A stretch of DNA of 64,000 nucleotides. Origin: Thermodesulfobacteriota bacterium. GTDB taxonomy: Bacteria > Desulfobacterota_D > UBA1144 > Nemesobacterales > UBA2774. This document shows positions 39,621 through 48,240 of the stretch, piece by piece. The stretch is from positions 1,152,001-1,216,000 of the forward strand of contig OZ244991.1 in NCBI GenBank assembly GCA_965223335.1, written 5' to 3'. The translations under genes and the position numbers were made by a program. Under the pieces are notes generated by a model. It did not search any database and had not been told where the DNA came from. It worked only from the letters and a program-made list of their open reading frames with translations. Numbering within the stretch: the first letter of the stretch is position 1; each line of letters opens with the position of its first letter.

Positions 39621-40412
39621 TTATTCAGGCTGCTCGAGTAGTTGGATTATTGAAAACACAGCCCCTTGCAAGTCCTGTATCACTGCAAATATGCCCACAT
39701 CCGGAATATCGGTCGGGGGAGTAAGCACTGTGCTTCCCAACTCCACAGATGTCTGCACTGCAGACTCACAGTCATCTATAGCAAAGTAGGTGATCCAGCT
39801 TGGCGGCATGTTACCCATCTCGTCGTTTAGCTTCATCATGCCCGCTGCGGGTTTCTCACCATTCATGAAAATTGTGTAGTCTACGCCACTGAAATCCTCT
39901 GTATTAGCGGTCCAGTCAAACAGCTCGCAATAAAACTCCCGGGCTTTATCGGTGTTGTTTGTAAGGAGTTCGTTCCAGCACAGTGTGCCGTGCTCGTTTA
40001 CCAAACGCGCCCCAATGTGTGCACCTGCCTGCCATAGCGATACGATCCCTCCTGTGGGGTCCTGCACCGAAGCCATCCTCCCGGCGTCAAATACATCCAT
40101 CGGTTCCACAATTATATGACCACCCAAATCTTGAACCCTCTTAACTACTTCATCCACATCCCGAACAGCAACATAATTGGCCCAGTGCGTGGGCACATTA
40201 TGTTCTTTTTGTTCATCCCACATCTCATACAGTGCACCAACCTCTTTACCCTCTACATAAGCCATCGAATAGTATTTATCCTCTCCGATCGGGACATCTT
40301 TTATTTCCCAATCGAATAAGGTCGAATAGAATTCTTTTGCTGTGTTAACGTCAGATGCCACGAGCTCTGGCCAGCAAAACGTACCGCTAGAGTATTGATC
40401 GATTAGAGTCAT
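39621..40412 (-). CDS. VOC (glyoxalase/bleomycin resistance) family, two-domain
   Basis: FCWPEL, FYSTLFDW, QDPTGG, LCWNEL, DLQGAVF. Confidence 0.93.
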   Translation of the reverse strand: MTLIDQYSSGTFCWPELVASDVNTAKEFYSTLFDWEIKDVPIGEDKYYSMAYVEGKEVGALYEMWDEQKEHNVPTHWANYVAVRDVDEVVKRVQDLGGHIIVEPMDVFDAGRMASVQDPTGGIVSLWQAGAHIGARLVNEHGTLCWNELLTNNTDKAREFYCELFDWTANTEDFSGVDYTIFMNGEKPAAGMMKLNDEMGNMPPSWITYFAIDDCESAVQTSVELGSTVLTPPTDIPDVGIFAVIQDLQGAVFSIIQLLEQPE

Positions 40413-40504
40413 TAGGTAATGACCTCCTATAAATTGAAATTGCTCATATCTTCAATCTATCATTATGTATCATTCTGAGTTTAAAATCACTATTCTATGT
40501 GGGT

Positions 40505-40605
40505 AGGAAATAGGACTGAGGACGATCTCTCAACCGTCCTCAGTGTAGCCAAGAAGGACCCAAGGTATTAGGGAGGGTTATGGTTCGGATAAAAGCGGGC
40601 ATTGG
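40505..40605 (-). ncRNA. candidate small RNA or attenuating leader
   Basis: Downstream of a four-hexamer array; contains AACCCTCCCT; ends in stem ACTGAGGACG/CGTCCTCAGT (40515-40544). Ends approximate. Confidence 0.4.
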
Positions 40606-40625
40606 TTTATAGTTAAACAAACTCT

Positions 40626-40664
40626 GATTAAGGGTGTATTTAGGAGTTGTTAAGTCCGTGTTAA
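40626..40664 (-). promoter_or_regulatory. Pho-box-like array (4 hexamers, 11-bp period)
   Basis: Minus strand TTAACA cggac TTAACA actcc TAAATA caccc TTAATC. Confidence 0.65.
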
Positions 40665-40792
40665 TACTAGAAGTATCGCCATAACACCCTGTGATAATTG
40701 ACAATATTAAATGCAGGCGAAATTTTTTAGATGAGGGTTGTGCAATCCATATTTTTCACTACTTAAGGGATTGCAATTGATCCATATGTTTA

Positions 40793-40846
40793 TTAAATCG
40801 GGTTTAACAAAGCATTAAACCTTTCTTAACATTTCTATCTTAAGAT
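40793..40846 (+). promoter_or_regulatory. Pho-box-like array plus -10 element upstream of the PAP2 gene
   Basis: TTAAAT(40793) TTAACA(40804) TTAAAC(40815) TTAACA(40826), then TAAGAT at 40841. Confidence 0.7.
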
Positions 40847-40908
40847 AATTAATAGATTGATGATACTGATCAAGGTATTATAATTCTTTAAGGAGAAAGG
40901 TTCATCGA

Positions 40909-41547
40909 ATGTCTACTAAGAAACAACAGATGCAAGGATTAGGCGAAACTGTAATAGTCCCGGTTGACTGGTCAGTGCGGATTGCAAGGTTTGTATCCAG
41001 GATCAGCAGCCCGCCTATTATTGCAGTTGTTGCAATTATGTTGAGTGCACTTGCCATCGACAGCAGGTCGCCATGGTTCTGGATAGTAGCGTATGTGACA
41101 CTCTCGGTTGTACCGCCTACGTTGTATATTTTCTGGCTTGTGAGAAAAGGAGAGATTACAGATTTTCATCTCATCGAACGAGAGCAAAGAACAAAACCCC
41201 TTATTGTAGTACTCGTTAATACAATGCTTGTCTGTGGAATTATGTATTTAGCAGGGGTACCAAAATTGATGTTGATAATGACAGGAATAGTTTTTGTGCA
41301 AGTGTTTTTGATTTTGCTAATAACATTGAGGTGGAAGATAAGCGGTCATTGCACTGCTGCGGCCGGGCTATCTCTACTCGCCATCATACTGTTCGGAGCG
41401 CAGGCCATACCACTATTCATTATTGTTCCCGTAATTGCATGGTCGCGAATCCATATCAACAGGCATAGCTTTGCACAGACAATCGCCGGTTGTTTGTTGG
41501 GAGCTATTACGGTTGTGCCTCTACTCTTGTTTTCTAACCTATACTAA
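40909..41547 (+). CDS. PAP2-superfamily membrane phosphatase-like protein
   Basis: Multi-TM; KISGH and WSRIHINRHSFAQ resemble PAP2 motifs C2 and C3; AAGGAG upstream. Confidence 0.78.
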   Translation: MSTKKQQMQGLGETVIVPVDWSVRIARFVSRISSPPIIAVVAIMLSALAIDSRSPWFWIVAYVTLSVVPPTLYIFWLVRKGEITDFHLIEREQRTKPLIVVLVNTMLVCGIMYLAGVPKLMLIMTGIVFVQVFLILLITLRWKISGHCTAAAGLSLLAIILFGAQAIPLFIIVPVIAWSRIHINRHSFAQTIAGCLLGAITVVPLLLFSNLY

Positions 41548-41606
41548 TTGATCCACCTTTTTCATATAGCAATACGCTAGAGTTTCGTAATCGTAAATAT
41601 TTAGGA

Positions 41607-41645
41607 TTAACATTTGATTAATCAACCCACAACATTTTCTTAATA
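41607..41645 (+). promoter_or_regulatory. Pho-box-like array (4 hexamers, 11-bp period)
   Basis: TTAACA(41607) TTAATC(41618) ACAACA(41629) TTAATA(41640). Confidence 0.62.
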
Positions 41646-41666
41646 TTAGTATGTCATTGTATTTAA

Positions 41667-41754
41667 ATCTGCTATTTACGTAAGTTCTCCATCTTCTCTT
41701 ATTATCTCTATAACAAAGGCAGGTCTTGCCCGCTAGACCTGCCTTTCCTTTTTC
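41667..41754 (+). ncRNA. candidate small RNA
   Basis: Between a hexamer array and a strong terminator; no ORF; CU-rich TTCTCCATCTTCTCTT. Ends approximate. Confidence 0.5.
41715..41754 (+). terminator. intrinsic terminator
   Basis: AAAGGCAGGTCT-8 nt-AGACCTGCCTTT followed by CCTTTTTC. Confidence 0.8.
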
Positions 41755-41770
41755 TTAGAATATAAAATAG

Positions 41771-41798
41771 TTTTACAAATCTTAACAGAATCTTAACA
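41771..41798 (+). promoter_or_regulatory. Pho-box-like repeats upstream of the PhoU-like gene
   Basis: TTTACA(41772), TTAACA(41782), TTAACA(41793). Confidence 0.62.
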
Positions 41799-41850
41799 TT
41801 ACTGATGTAACAATTTAGATATTCTGATAAGTGTGTCCTAGGAGGATGAA

Positions 41851-42426
41851 ATGGAGACGGAAGACATCTTGGACAGAGAAATGCTTGAGAGCAAGATAGA
41901 AGACTTTGTTGCTAAGTCTAAAAAGTACATAGATAGCAGGGACGAAGACGAGCTCGAATCTCTCAGGCAAGACATTGATACTCTCAAGTTAAAATTGAGC
42001 CAGGCCTTAGAGAATAATTCTACAAAAGAAGATATTAACTATCTCACAGCAATGAAGCTTATGCTTAAGATTATCAACAAATTTACATCCAGCGTAAGTT
42101 TGATGGAGAACCTGAAGTCCAAACAGCCGCTACATCGCGAGTTCGATACCAATGAGATGCTCGATATTCTCCTTCCACATATTAAAAACGTTGTGGAGTA
42201 CGACAAGTGGTCGGAAAGTCTGGATACGTCCAAGATAGAAGAGGACTGTCAGTTGCTCGATTCCCTCGAGGACCAGCACAAGAGAGTACTGGTTACCTAC
42301 CTCGTACAGGACTGGCACAATATGGATCAGGTTATTACGCTGCTTAAAATTGGTGAGACCTACAAAAACATAGCCGAACATCTCATAAGCCTTTCACTTA
42401 TAAGCAGTTATTTAAAGAGGCACTGA
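41851..42426 (+). CDS. divergent PhoU-like helical protein
   Basis: C-terminal DCQLLDSLEDQHKRVLVTYLVQD...LLKIGETYKNIAEH aligns by eye with the second PhoU repeat; GGAGGA RBS. Confidence 0.55.
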   Translation: METEDILDREMLESKIEDFVAKSKKYIDSRDEDELESLRQDIDTLKLKLSQALENNSTKEDINYLTAMKLMLKIINKFTSSVSLMENLKSKQPLHREFDTNEMLDILLPHIKNVVEYDKWSESLDTSKIEEDCQLLDSLEDQHKRVLVTYLVQDWHNMDQVITLLKIGETYKNIAEHLISLSLISSYLKRH

Positions 42427-42471
42427 GAGTATTAGTAATAGGGGTTTGGGATTTAATCAATAGCCAAATAA

Positions 42472-43479
42472 TCAGTTTTTATTGTTCATATGTTCGTTGT
42501 ACATTCTAAATACCCTCTCGACGATCTCGGGTGAGTTGTTGTCATAACCCGGTTTGTAAGCCGTAGATGATTCGGTCCATTTAGTCAGTTCGGCTACAAA
42601 ATCACTTGTGATTTTCTCTGCTACCGCTATACCCATTTCTTTTAGTGCCTGCGCATTGCACTGCTGTTCATACTGTCTTTTCATAGGGATAACAAACAGC
42701 TTTTTCCCCAAATATAAGGTCTCCGAAGGTGTTTCAAACCCCGAATTGCAGAGCACTCCCTCGGCGCTTGCCATGCTGCGCACAAAGTCCTGATTGCTGA
42801 TCGGATAAACCTTCACATTGTTTTTTTCGTAGGGCTCACCGTTATAATGCTTTGAAAACATCTCCCACTTAACATCCACCTGGTTTAGAAGTGAACACAT
42901 ATAATCCTCATGGTATGAAGGCAGGTAAACAGTGTAGTGACCGTTATTGCTCGGTTCGGCCTCTCTTATCTCTTCTCTAATAATAGGGAGCTCGATTGTG
43001 TCATCGTACTTTTTAAAATGGAGGCCTATCGCCATATTCGTAGGGGCATACCATTTTATTATAAGCTCCTGAAACAGATTGGGGTTGGGGATCCTGGGGC
43101 TTGCTTTAGATAAAAATGCGGCCTGATGCGATATACCGATAGACGGGATGTTGTTTATTCTCGATGCCCAGGCGGTAAGAGGCTCAAAATCACTTAACAC
43201 CAGGTCATACTCTTTAACCGGAATGGACCTTAAATCTTTTATGAGTTGTAGTGGTTTTGCCTTTGCAAACGAGTCAATGTAGTCAATCCCGCCGTTTTTG
43301 CCGAATGTAAACCCGAGCCCGGTGTGTTTGTATTTTACATCTACCCCTAAATCCACCTCGTGTTGCGACCCGCTTACAAGCACATCTACATTGGCTTTCT
43401 CAACTAAGTATTTAATAATCTCCTTAGAACGAGAGATATGACCATTACCTGTTCCCTGAACCCCAAATAGTATTCTCAT
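42472..43479 (-). CDS. GT-B glycosyltransferase (GT28-like, MJ1255/VC2487-type)
   Basis: MRILFGVQGTGNGHISR, SDFEP, VYLP, NSGFETPSE, QYEQQCNA. Confidence 0.9.
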   Translation of the reverse strand: MRILFGVQGTGNGHISRSKEIIKYLVEKANVDVLVSGSQHEVDLGVDVKYKHTGLGFTFGKNGGIDYIDSFAKAKPLQLIKDLRSIPVKEYDLVLSDFEPLTAWASRINNIPSIGISHQAAFLSKASPRIPNPNLFQELIIKWYAPTNMAIGLHFKKYDDTIELPIIREEIREAEPSNNGHYTVYLPSYHEDYMCSLLNQVDVKWEMFSKHYNGEPYEKNNVKVYPISNQDFVRSMASAEGVLCNSGFETPSETLYLGKKLFVIPMKRQYEQQCNAQALKEMGIAVAEKITSDFVAELTKWTESSTAYKPGYDNNSPEIVERVFRMYNEHMNNKN

Positions 43480-43631
43480 GGCCGATTTACCTCATATGGA
43501 TTACAAGAGCACTCAAAGTAAGAGTGAAATTTAACTGATTATTATGCATCGAGCATTATGGGTGTGCTTCTTCTCTAAATTTAAATTCAGGTTTACTACG
43601 ATAGGTTATGCATTTTATTCAGAAAGCAGTC

Positions 43632-43670
43632 GGTTAATACAGGGTGAATATATTGTGAAATTACGATTAA
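43632..43670 (-). promoter_or_regulatory. Pho-box-like array (4 hexamers, 11-bp period) upstream of the glycosyltransferase
   Basis: Minus strand TTAATC gtaat TTCACA atata TTCACC ctgta TTAACC. Confidence 0.68.
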
Positions 43671-43726
43671 TTATAAATAGATTCGGGGCTTGTAATTTGA
43701 CCTCAATAGACTCGTGCACATTGTTG

Positions 43727-45115
43727 CTAAATCGATTTAGTTTGTTCCGGGGGTTTGTTATCCTCAGCCTCAGCCATGTCCAAAGTGCGTTTCAATAGCA
43801 CAGTGTAGATGGGTTTGCCCCCAAGTCCCTGTGCCACGATCGTAGCTGTTAGACAAGTTAGAATCAGAGGAAGGATCATCAGGTAGTTTCCGGTCATCTC
43901 GATTGTGAGTGCAATTCCGGTAAGGGGTGCCCTTACCGTGGCACAGAACAGTGCCGCCATCCCGGCGACTGCAAACATCTCGGGTTTAACTGCTAGATCG
44001 GGCAGCCACATGTGCGTAACATTGCCAAACCACATGCCAAAAAGCGTGCCGAGTGCGAGCATGGGTGCAAATATCCCACCCGTAGCCCCCGAGCCATAGC
44101 TGATCATGGTGGTGCCAAAGCGCGCTAGGAATATAAGCAGCAAGAACGCAACCGGTATCGTGCCCGAAAGTGCCGTAGGAATTACCAGATAACCTCCCCA
44201 CACCGTGTTGGGATAGAACCACGATAAAAGCCCAATGAACGCACCCACATAAAGACCTGTGAGGGTATAAGACCAGCCTTTTAAGCCCGAAAAGAAATTT
44301 AACGTTCTAATGAGTACCCGGTTGAAAATGAAACCGAAAACACCAAAGAAACAGCCGAAGATTAGAAAAAGAAACAGTGACGGCAACGGCGGGGCAGGCA
44401 TCATGGGCATGGGGATTTCAGGGCTCTGAGTGGTGAGCGTCCTAAGCACTATATCGGCGCATGCTGCGGCAATGAGTACGGCCTGTACCGAGAGGAAGTT
44501 GTATTTAAACTCGGGGCGCATCTCCTCAAACACAAATAGTATCCCTGCCAGTGGGGCGTTAAACGCTGCCGATAATCCGCCACCAGCACCAGCCGCAACT
44601 AGTGCATGTGTCTCGTCCTTCCTAAGTTTAAAAACGTCAGAGATCATCTTGCCGATATTCCCGCCCATCTGTATCGTCGGGCCTTCACGTCCCAGTACCA
44701 TTCCACCGCCAAGCGAGAGCAGACCGGCAAGGAATTTTACAGGCAGCACCCGTTTCCACCTAAGCGGCCGTACGTCATCTAGCGCCCCCTCTATCTCCTG
44801 CACGCCGCTGCCCCCGGTCTCGGGTGCACCCTTTCTAATGAGCAGAAACGCAACATATACCATTACAGCCGATATCGCTGCGGGCACTATCCACTCGGGT
44901 ATCGGTAGCGACTGCGAATATAAGATGATCGATTGTCTCAGGGTCTCGATATGTGCAATAGCAATCTGAAACACCGCACCTGCCAGTCCGGCCATGCACC
45001 CTACAACAACGGCCCAAAAAAGCAGCCTGCTGTTTCTTCCCTCCGCTGCGAGGAATCTGTGGAGGATCCTGCTTACCTCTGAGTTGTCGGACGAGGGTCT
45101 GTTATGTAGTTTCAT
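43727..45115 (-). CDS. clcA: H+/Cl- exchange transporter, ClC family
   Basis: GSGVQE, LGREGP, AAFNAPLAG..FVFEE, GGIFAP, EMT, PIY. Confidence 0.93.
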   Translation of the reverse strand: MKLHNRPSSDNSEVSRILHRFLAAEGRNSRLLFWAVVVGCMAGLAGAVFQIAIAHIETLRQSIILYSQSLPIPEWIVPAAISAVMVYVAFLLIRKGAPETGGSGVQEIEGALDDVRPLRWKRVLPVKFLAGLLSLGGGMVLGREGPTIQMGGNIGKMISDVFKLRKDETHALVAAGAGGGLSAAFNAPLAGILFVFEEMRPEFKYNFLSVQAVLIAAACADIVLRTLTTQSPEIPMPMMPAPPLPSLFLFLIFGCFFGVFGFIFNRVLIRTLNFFSGLKGWSYTLTGLYVGAFIGLLSWFYPNTVWGGYLVIPTALSGTIPVAFLLLIFLARFGTTMISYGSGATGGIFAPMLALGTLFGMWFGNVTHMWLPDLAVKPEMFAVAGMAALFCATVRAPLTGIALTIEMTGNYLMILPLILTCLTATIVAQGLGGKPIYTVLLKRTLDMAEAEDNKPPEQTKSI

Positions 45116-45236
45116 GGCTATATTTCAATTCTAGTGAACAATATAACCATAATTAAGATTAAACAGAAAAAAGAATGGCGGATGGTTGAATTGTAATCTT
45201 GAGTGTGTGATTACGGTGTGAATCTTGCGTGCGGGA

Positions 45237-46199
45237 TCAGAAATTGTCCCTGTTATGGGGTGCAGATAGGTCCTGCTCGGGGCCGAGCGGTACAATACCT
45301 GTGGGGTTTATTGTTAAGTGGCTTCCATAGTAATGGTTTTTTATGTGGTCCATGTTGACTGTGTCTATAACACCCGGGACCTGATATAGCTCGCGCAGGT
45401 AATTGGATAGGTTTTCATAGCTCTCTATTAATCTCTTGTTGCACTTGAAGTGGCTGTAGTACACCGGGTCGAAACGAAGCAGTGTAGTGAACAGTCTCCA
45501 ATCGGCCTCTGTGAGTTTTTCTCCTGCCAGGTACCTCGATTTACCCAGTATGTTTTCTATATCATCGAGAGCATCAAATAATTGAGTAAACGCCTCTTCA
45601 TAAGCCTCTTGGGTGGTGGCAAATCCGCATCTGTATACAGCGTTATTTATCTTTTCATATACGATATTATTTATACGGTCGATCTCCTCTCGTCTGTCTT
45701 CGGGGTAAAAATCCAGTACCGAGTTTGCGCCTAAATGGTCAAATTCAGTATTAAACATCCTTATTATCTCGGACGATTCGTTGTTGACTATGGTGTTTGT
45801 GTGCTTATCCCATAGCACTGGTACAGTGACGCGACCCGAGTAATCCGGCTTTGCAGCTGTGTAGATCTCGTGCAGGTACCGTGAGTTGTTGATACTGTCG
45901 GGTACACAGCCGTCCCCTTCTCTAAACTCCCAGCCATTTTCCAGCATCATAGGATGGACTATTGAGAGCGATATTGTTTCTTCTAGGTTTTTTAGCTTTC
46001 TAAATACGAGTGTGCGGTGCGCCCAGGGGCATGCATACGATACATATAGATGGTAGCGTCCGGTTTCGGCTTTAAATCCCCCGGCGCCCTCTCGAGTTAT
46101 CCAATCCCTAAACTGGCTCTTGGCCCTTACAAACCGCCCACCGGTCGTCTTTGTATCGTACCAGTTGTCTTGCCACTTTCCGTCTACTAATAGTCCCAT
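45237..46199 (-). CDS. yqjG: glutathionyl-hydroquinone reductase (Xi-class GST)
   Basis: RYHLYVSYACPWAHR, TVPVLWD, NNESSEIIR, RFDPVY, NPTGIVP. Confidence 0.92.
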   Translation of the reverse strand: MGLLVDGKWQDNWYDTKTTGGRFVRAKSQFRDWITREGAGGFKAETGRYHLYVSYACPWAHRTLVFRKLKNLEETISLSIVHPMMLENGWEFREGDGCVPDSINNSRYLHEIYTAAKPDYSGRVTVPVLWDKHTNTIVNNESSEIIRMFNTEFDHLGANSVLDFYPEDRREEIDRINNIVYEKINNAVYRCGFATTQEAYEEAFTQLFDALDDIENILGKSRYLAGEKLTEADWRLFTTLLRFDPVYYSHFKCNKRLIESYENLSNYLRELYQVPGVIDTVNMDHIKNHYYGSHLTINPTGIVPLGPEQDLSAPHNRDNF

Positions 46200-46223
46200 C
46201 AGTTTTATATTTGCATCTTAGAG

Positions 46224-46652
46224 TTACCAGGCCGTGACATCGGCAAATGCCAATACCTTTTTCGGATGTATTGTTACCAATAGCTCGCCTGGCACACCGT
46301 TTCTTTTTCCATAAGCCTCTGCCTGGTCTTCACCCATATACCTGCCCCCGATTAGCGTGGCCCAGTGCAAAAGCTCTTTAGGGTCCTCAGAGAATGTCAC
46401 CTCTCCCTCGACAGTTACAAACGAGTAGGGCGGGGTCTGGTCGTCCACCGTTATTGAGACTCTCGGGTCCCGCATCATGTTTTTGGCTTTAACGGACTCT
46501 CTGCCTGTATTGAACTTTAGATTATCACCGTCCATATAAAACCATATGGGCACCACATGGGGGCGGCCGTCGGCCCTCACGGTAGCCAGTTTGCCGGTCT
46601 TAGTGCCCGAACCAAGAAACTCGATATACTCCTCTTTTGTCATTACTCCCAT
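46224..46652 (-). CDS. PPOX class (putative F420-dependent) oxidoreductase
   Basis: LATVRADGRPHVVPIWF, KAKNMMRDPRV. Confidence 0.88.
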   Translation of the reverse strand: MGVMTKEEYIEFLGSGTKTGKLATVRADGRPHVVPIWFYMDGDNLKFNTGRESVKAKNMMRDPRVSITVDDQTPPYSFVTVEGEVTFSEDPKELLHWATLIGGRYMGEDQAEAYGKRNGVPGELLVTIHPKKVLAFADVTAW

Positions 46653-46742
46653 GATGCGCTCTCCTTGTATAGAAGATTATTTCATATAAAACTATTTTGA
46701 GTATAGCTAAGTGGATTAGGATTCAAATCATGATCCCGGGGA

Positions 46743-48128
46743 TCACCATTTTGATACCTGTTTTTTAAGCTGGCGGATCATTCTGCGTACATTAGATGTG
46801 GCCGTACCGCCCTGGGATTTCCTGCTCTCGAGCGAGCCTTCTATGGATATGTAATTGTATACATCGTTTTTAAAGAGGCCAGAGAATTTGTTGAGTTCTG
46901 TTATGTCCAACTGCTCAAGCTCGACACCTTTTTTCTCGGCATAAGCTACTATTTTGCCCGCTATCTCATGAGCGTCCCTAAAGGGCATGCCCATGCGTGT
47001 CAAATAATCGGCAATGTCTGTAGCCGTGATAAAACCGTTGCTTAGAGCATTATACATATTGGCCTTATTGAACTTGATCTGCTTTAGCATCTCATCGAGT
47101 ATCCCGAGCGCTGACTTGATGGTGTCCACTGTATCGAACATAGGTTCTTTATCCTCTTGGAGGTCCCTATTGTAAGATAGCGGCAGTCCTTTTAGCACAG
47201 TATGGATCGTAACCAAGTTGCCATAGACCCTGCCCGTCTTACCCCGGATCAACTCGGCCATATCGGGGTTCCGTTTCTGGGGCATAATGCTTGAGCCGGT
47301 GGTAAACTGATCGCCCAGGTCTATAAACTCAAACTCTTTACTCGACCACACGACGAACTCCTCCGCTATCCTGCTTAAGTGCTGTGCCAGGATTGCAGAT
47401 ACCGAGATAAACTCCGTAATGAAATCCCTGTCGCTCACCGTATCTATGCTGTTTTGGGTGACTTTAGGAAAACCCAGCAGCCGGGCCACATATGCTCTAT
47501 CTATCGGAAACGACGTCCCAGCCCCCGCACAAGCCCCGAGAGGCATCACGTTTACCCTGCCTAGACAGTCCACGTAGCGCTCCCGATCCCGTCTGAGCAT
47601 CTCCGAGTACGCCAACAGATGGTGTGCCAGCAATACGGGTTGACCGCGCTGCAAGTGAGTGTAGAGCGGTAAGATTGCGTCGATATTACCCTCTGCAAGA
47701 GCGATCAGCCGCTCGATTATCGATATTAGATGCTTTGTGATCTTGTTAATTTCATTTCTCAGGTATAGCCGCATATCCAGTGTGACCTGGTCGTTACGGC
47801 TCCTTGCTGTGTGTATTTTGCCCCCCACGCTTCCGATCTTCTCTGTAAGTCTGCTCTCGATATTAAGGTGGATATCCTCAAGGTCCGTCCTAAATGGGAA
47901 CTTGCCCGACGATATCTCTTTCTCTATGGATCCGAGGCCCTTAATAATCTTATCGGCCTCTTTTTTGGGAATAATCCCGGTTTTCCCAAGCATCTTTACG
48001 TGTGCAATACTCCCCTCAATATCCTCTTTGTAAAGTTTCTTGTCATGGTCTATAGAGGCCGAGAATTCTTCAGCCACGCTATGAGTCTTTTTCTTAAATC
48101 TGCCCGACCAGGGCTTTTTCCGAGACAT
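46743..48128 (-). CDS. argH: argininosuccinate lyase
   Basis: EDIH, HTARSRNDQ, YTHLQ, GSSIMPQKRNPD, YNRDLQEDK. Confidence 0.99.
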   Translation of the reverse strand: MSRKKPWSGRFKKKTHSVAEEFSASIDHDKKLYKEDIEGSIAHVKMLGKTGIIPKKEADKIIKGLGSIEKEISSGKFPFRTDLEDIHLNIESRLTEKIGSVGGKIHTARSRNDQVTLDMRLYLRNEINKITKHLISIIERLIALAEGNIDAILPLYTHLQRGQPVLLAHHLLAYSEMLRRDRERYVDCLGRVNVMPLGACAGAGTSFPIDRAYVARLLGFPKVTQNSIDTVSDRDFITEFISVSAILAQHLSRIAEEFVVWSSKEFEFIDLGDQFTTGSSIMPQKRNPDMAELIRGKTGRVYGNLVTIHTVLKGLPLSYNRDLQEDKEPMFDTVDTIKSALGILDEMLKQIKFNKANMYNALSNGFITATDIADYLTRMGMPFRDAHEIAGKIVAYAEKKGVELEQLDITELNKFSGLFKNDVYNYISIEGSLESRKSQGGTATSNVRRMIRQLKKQVSKW

Positions 48129-48240
48129 TAGTCCTCCAAATAAATCTATGCGTGCTATAAAAATAGGAGTAAATCGGTGTTTTCCTCATTACTATACCAC
48201 AGGTCATAGGCACGAAAGAAGCCGAGTTTACCTGACCATC

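Noticed and set aside
40741..40775. Inverted repeat TGCAATCC...GGATTGCA
   Set aside because: Only 8-bp arms with a 19-bp spacer, and no second copy or known consensus.
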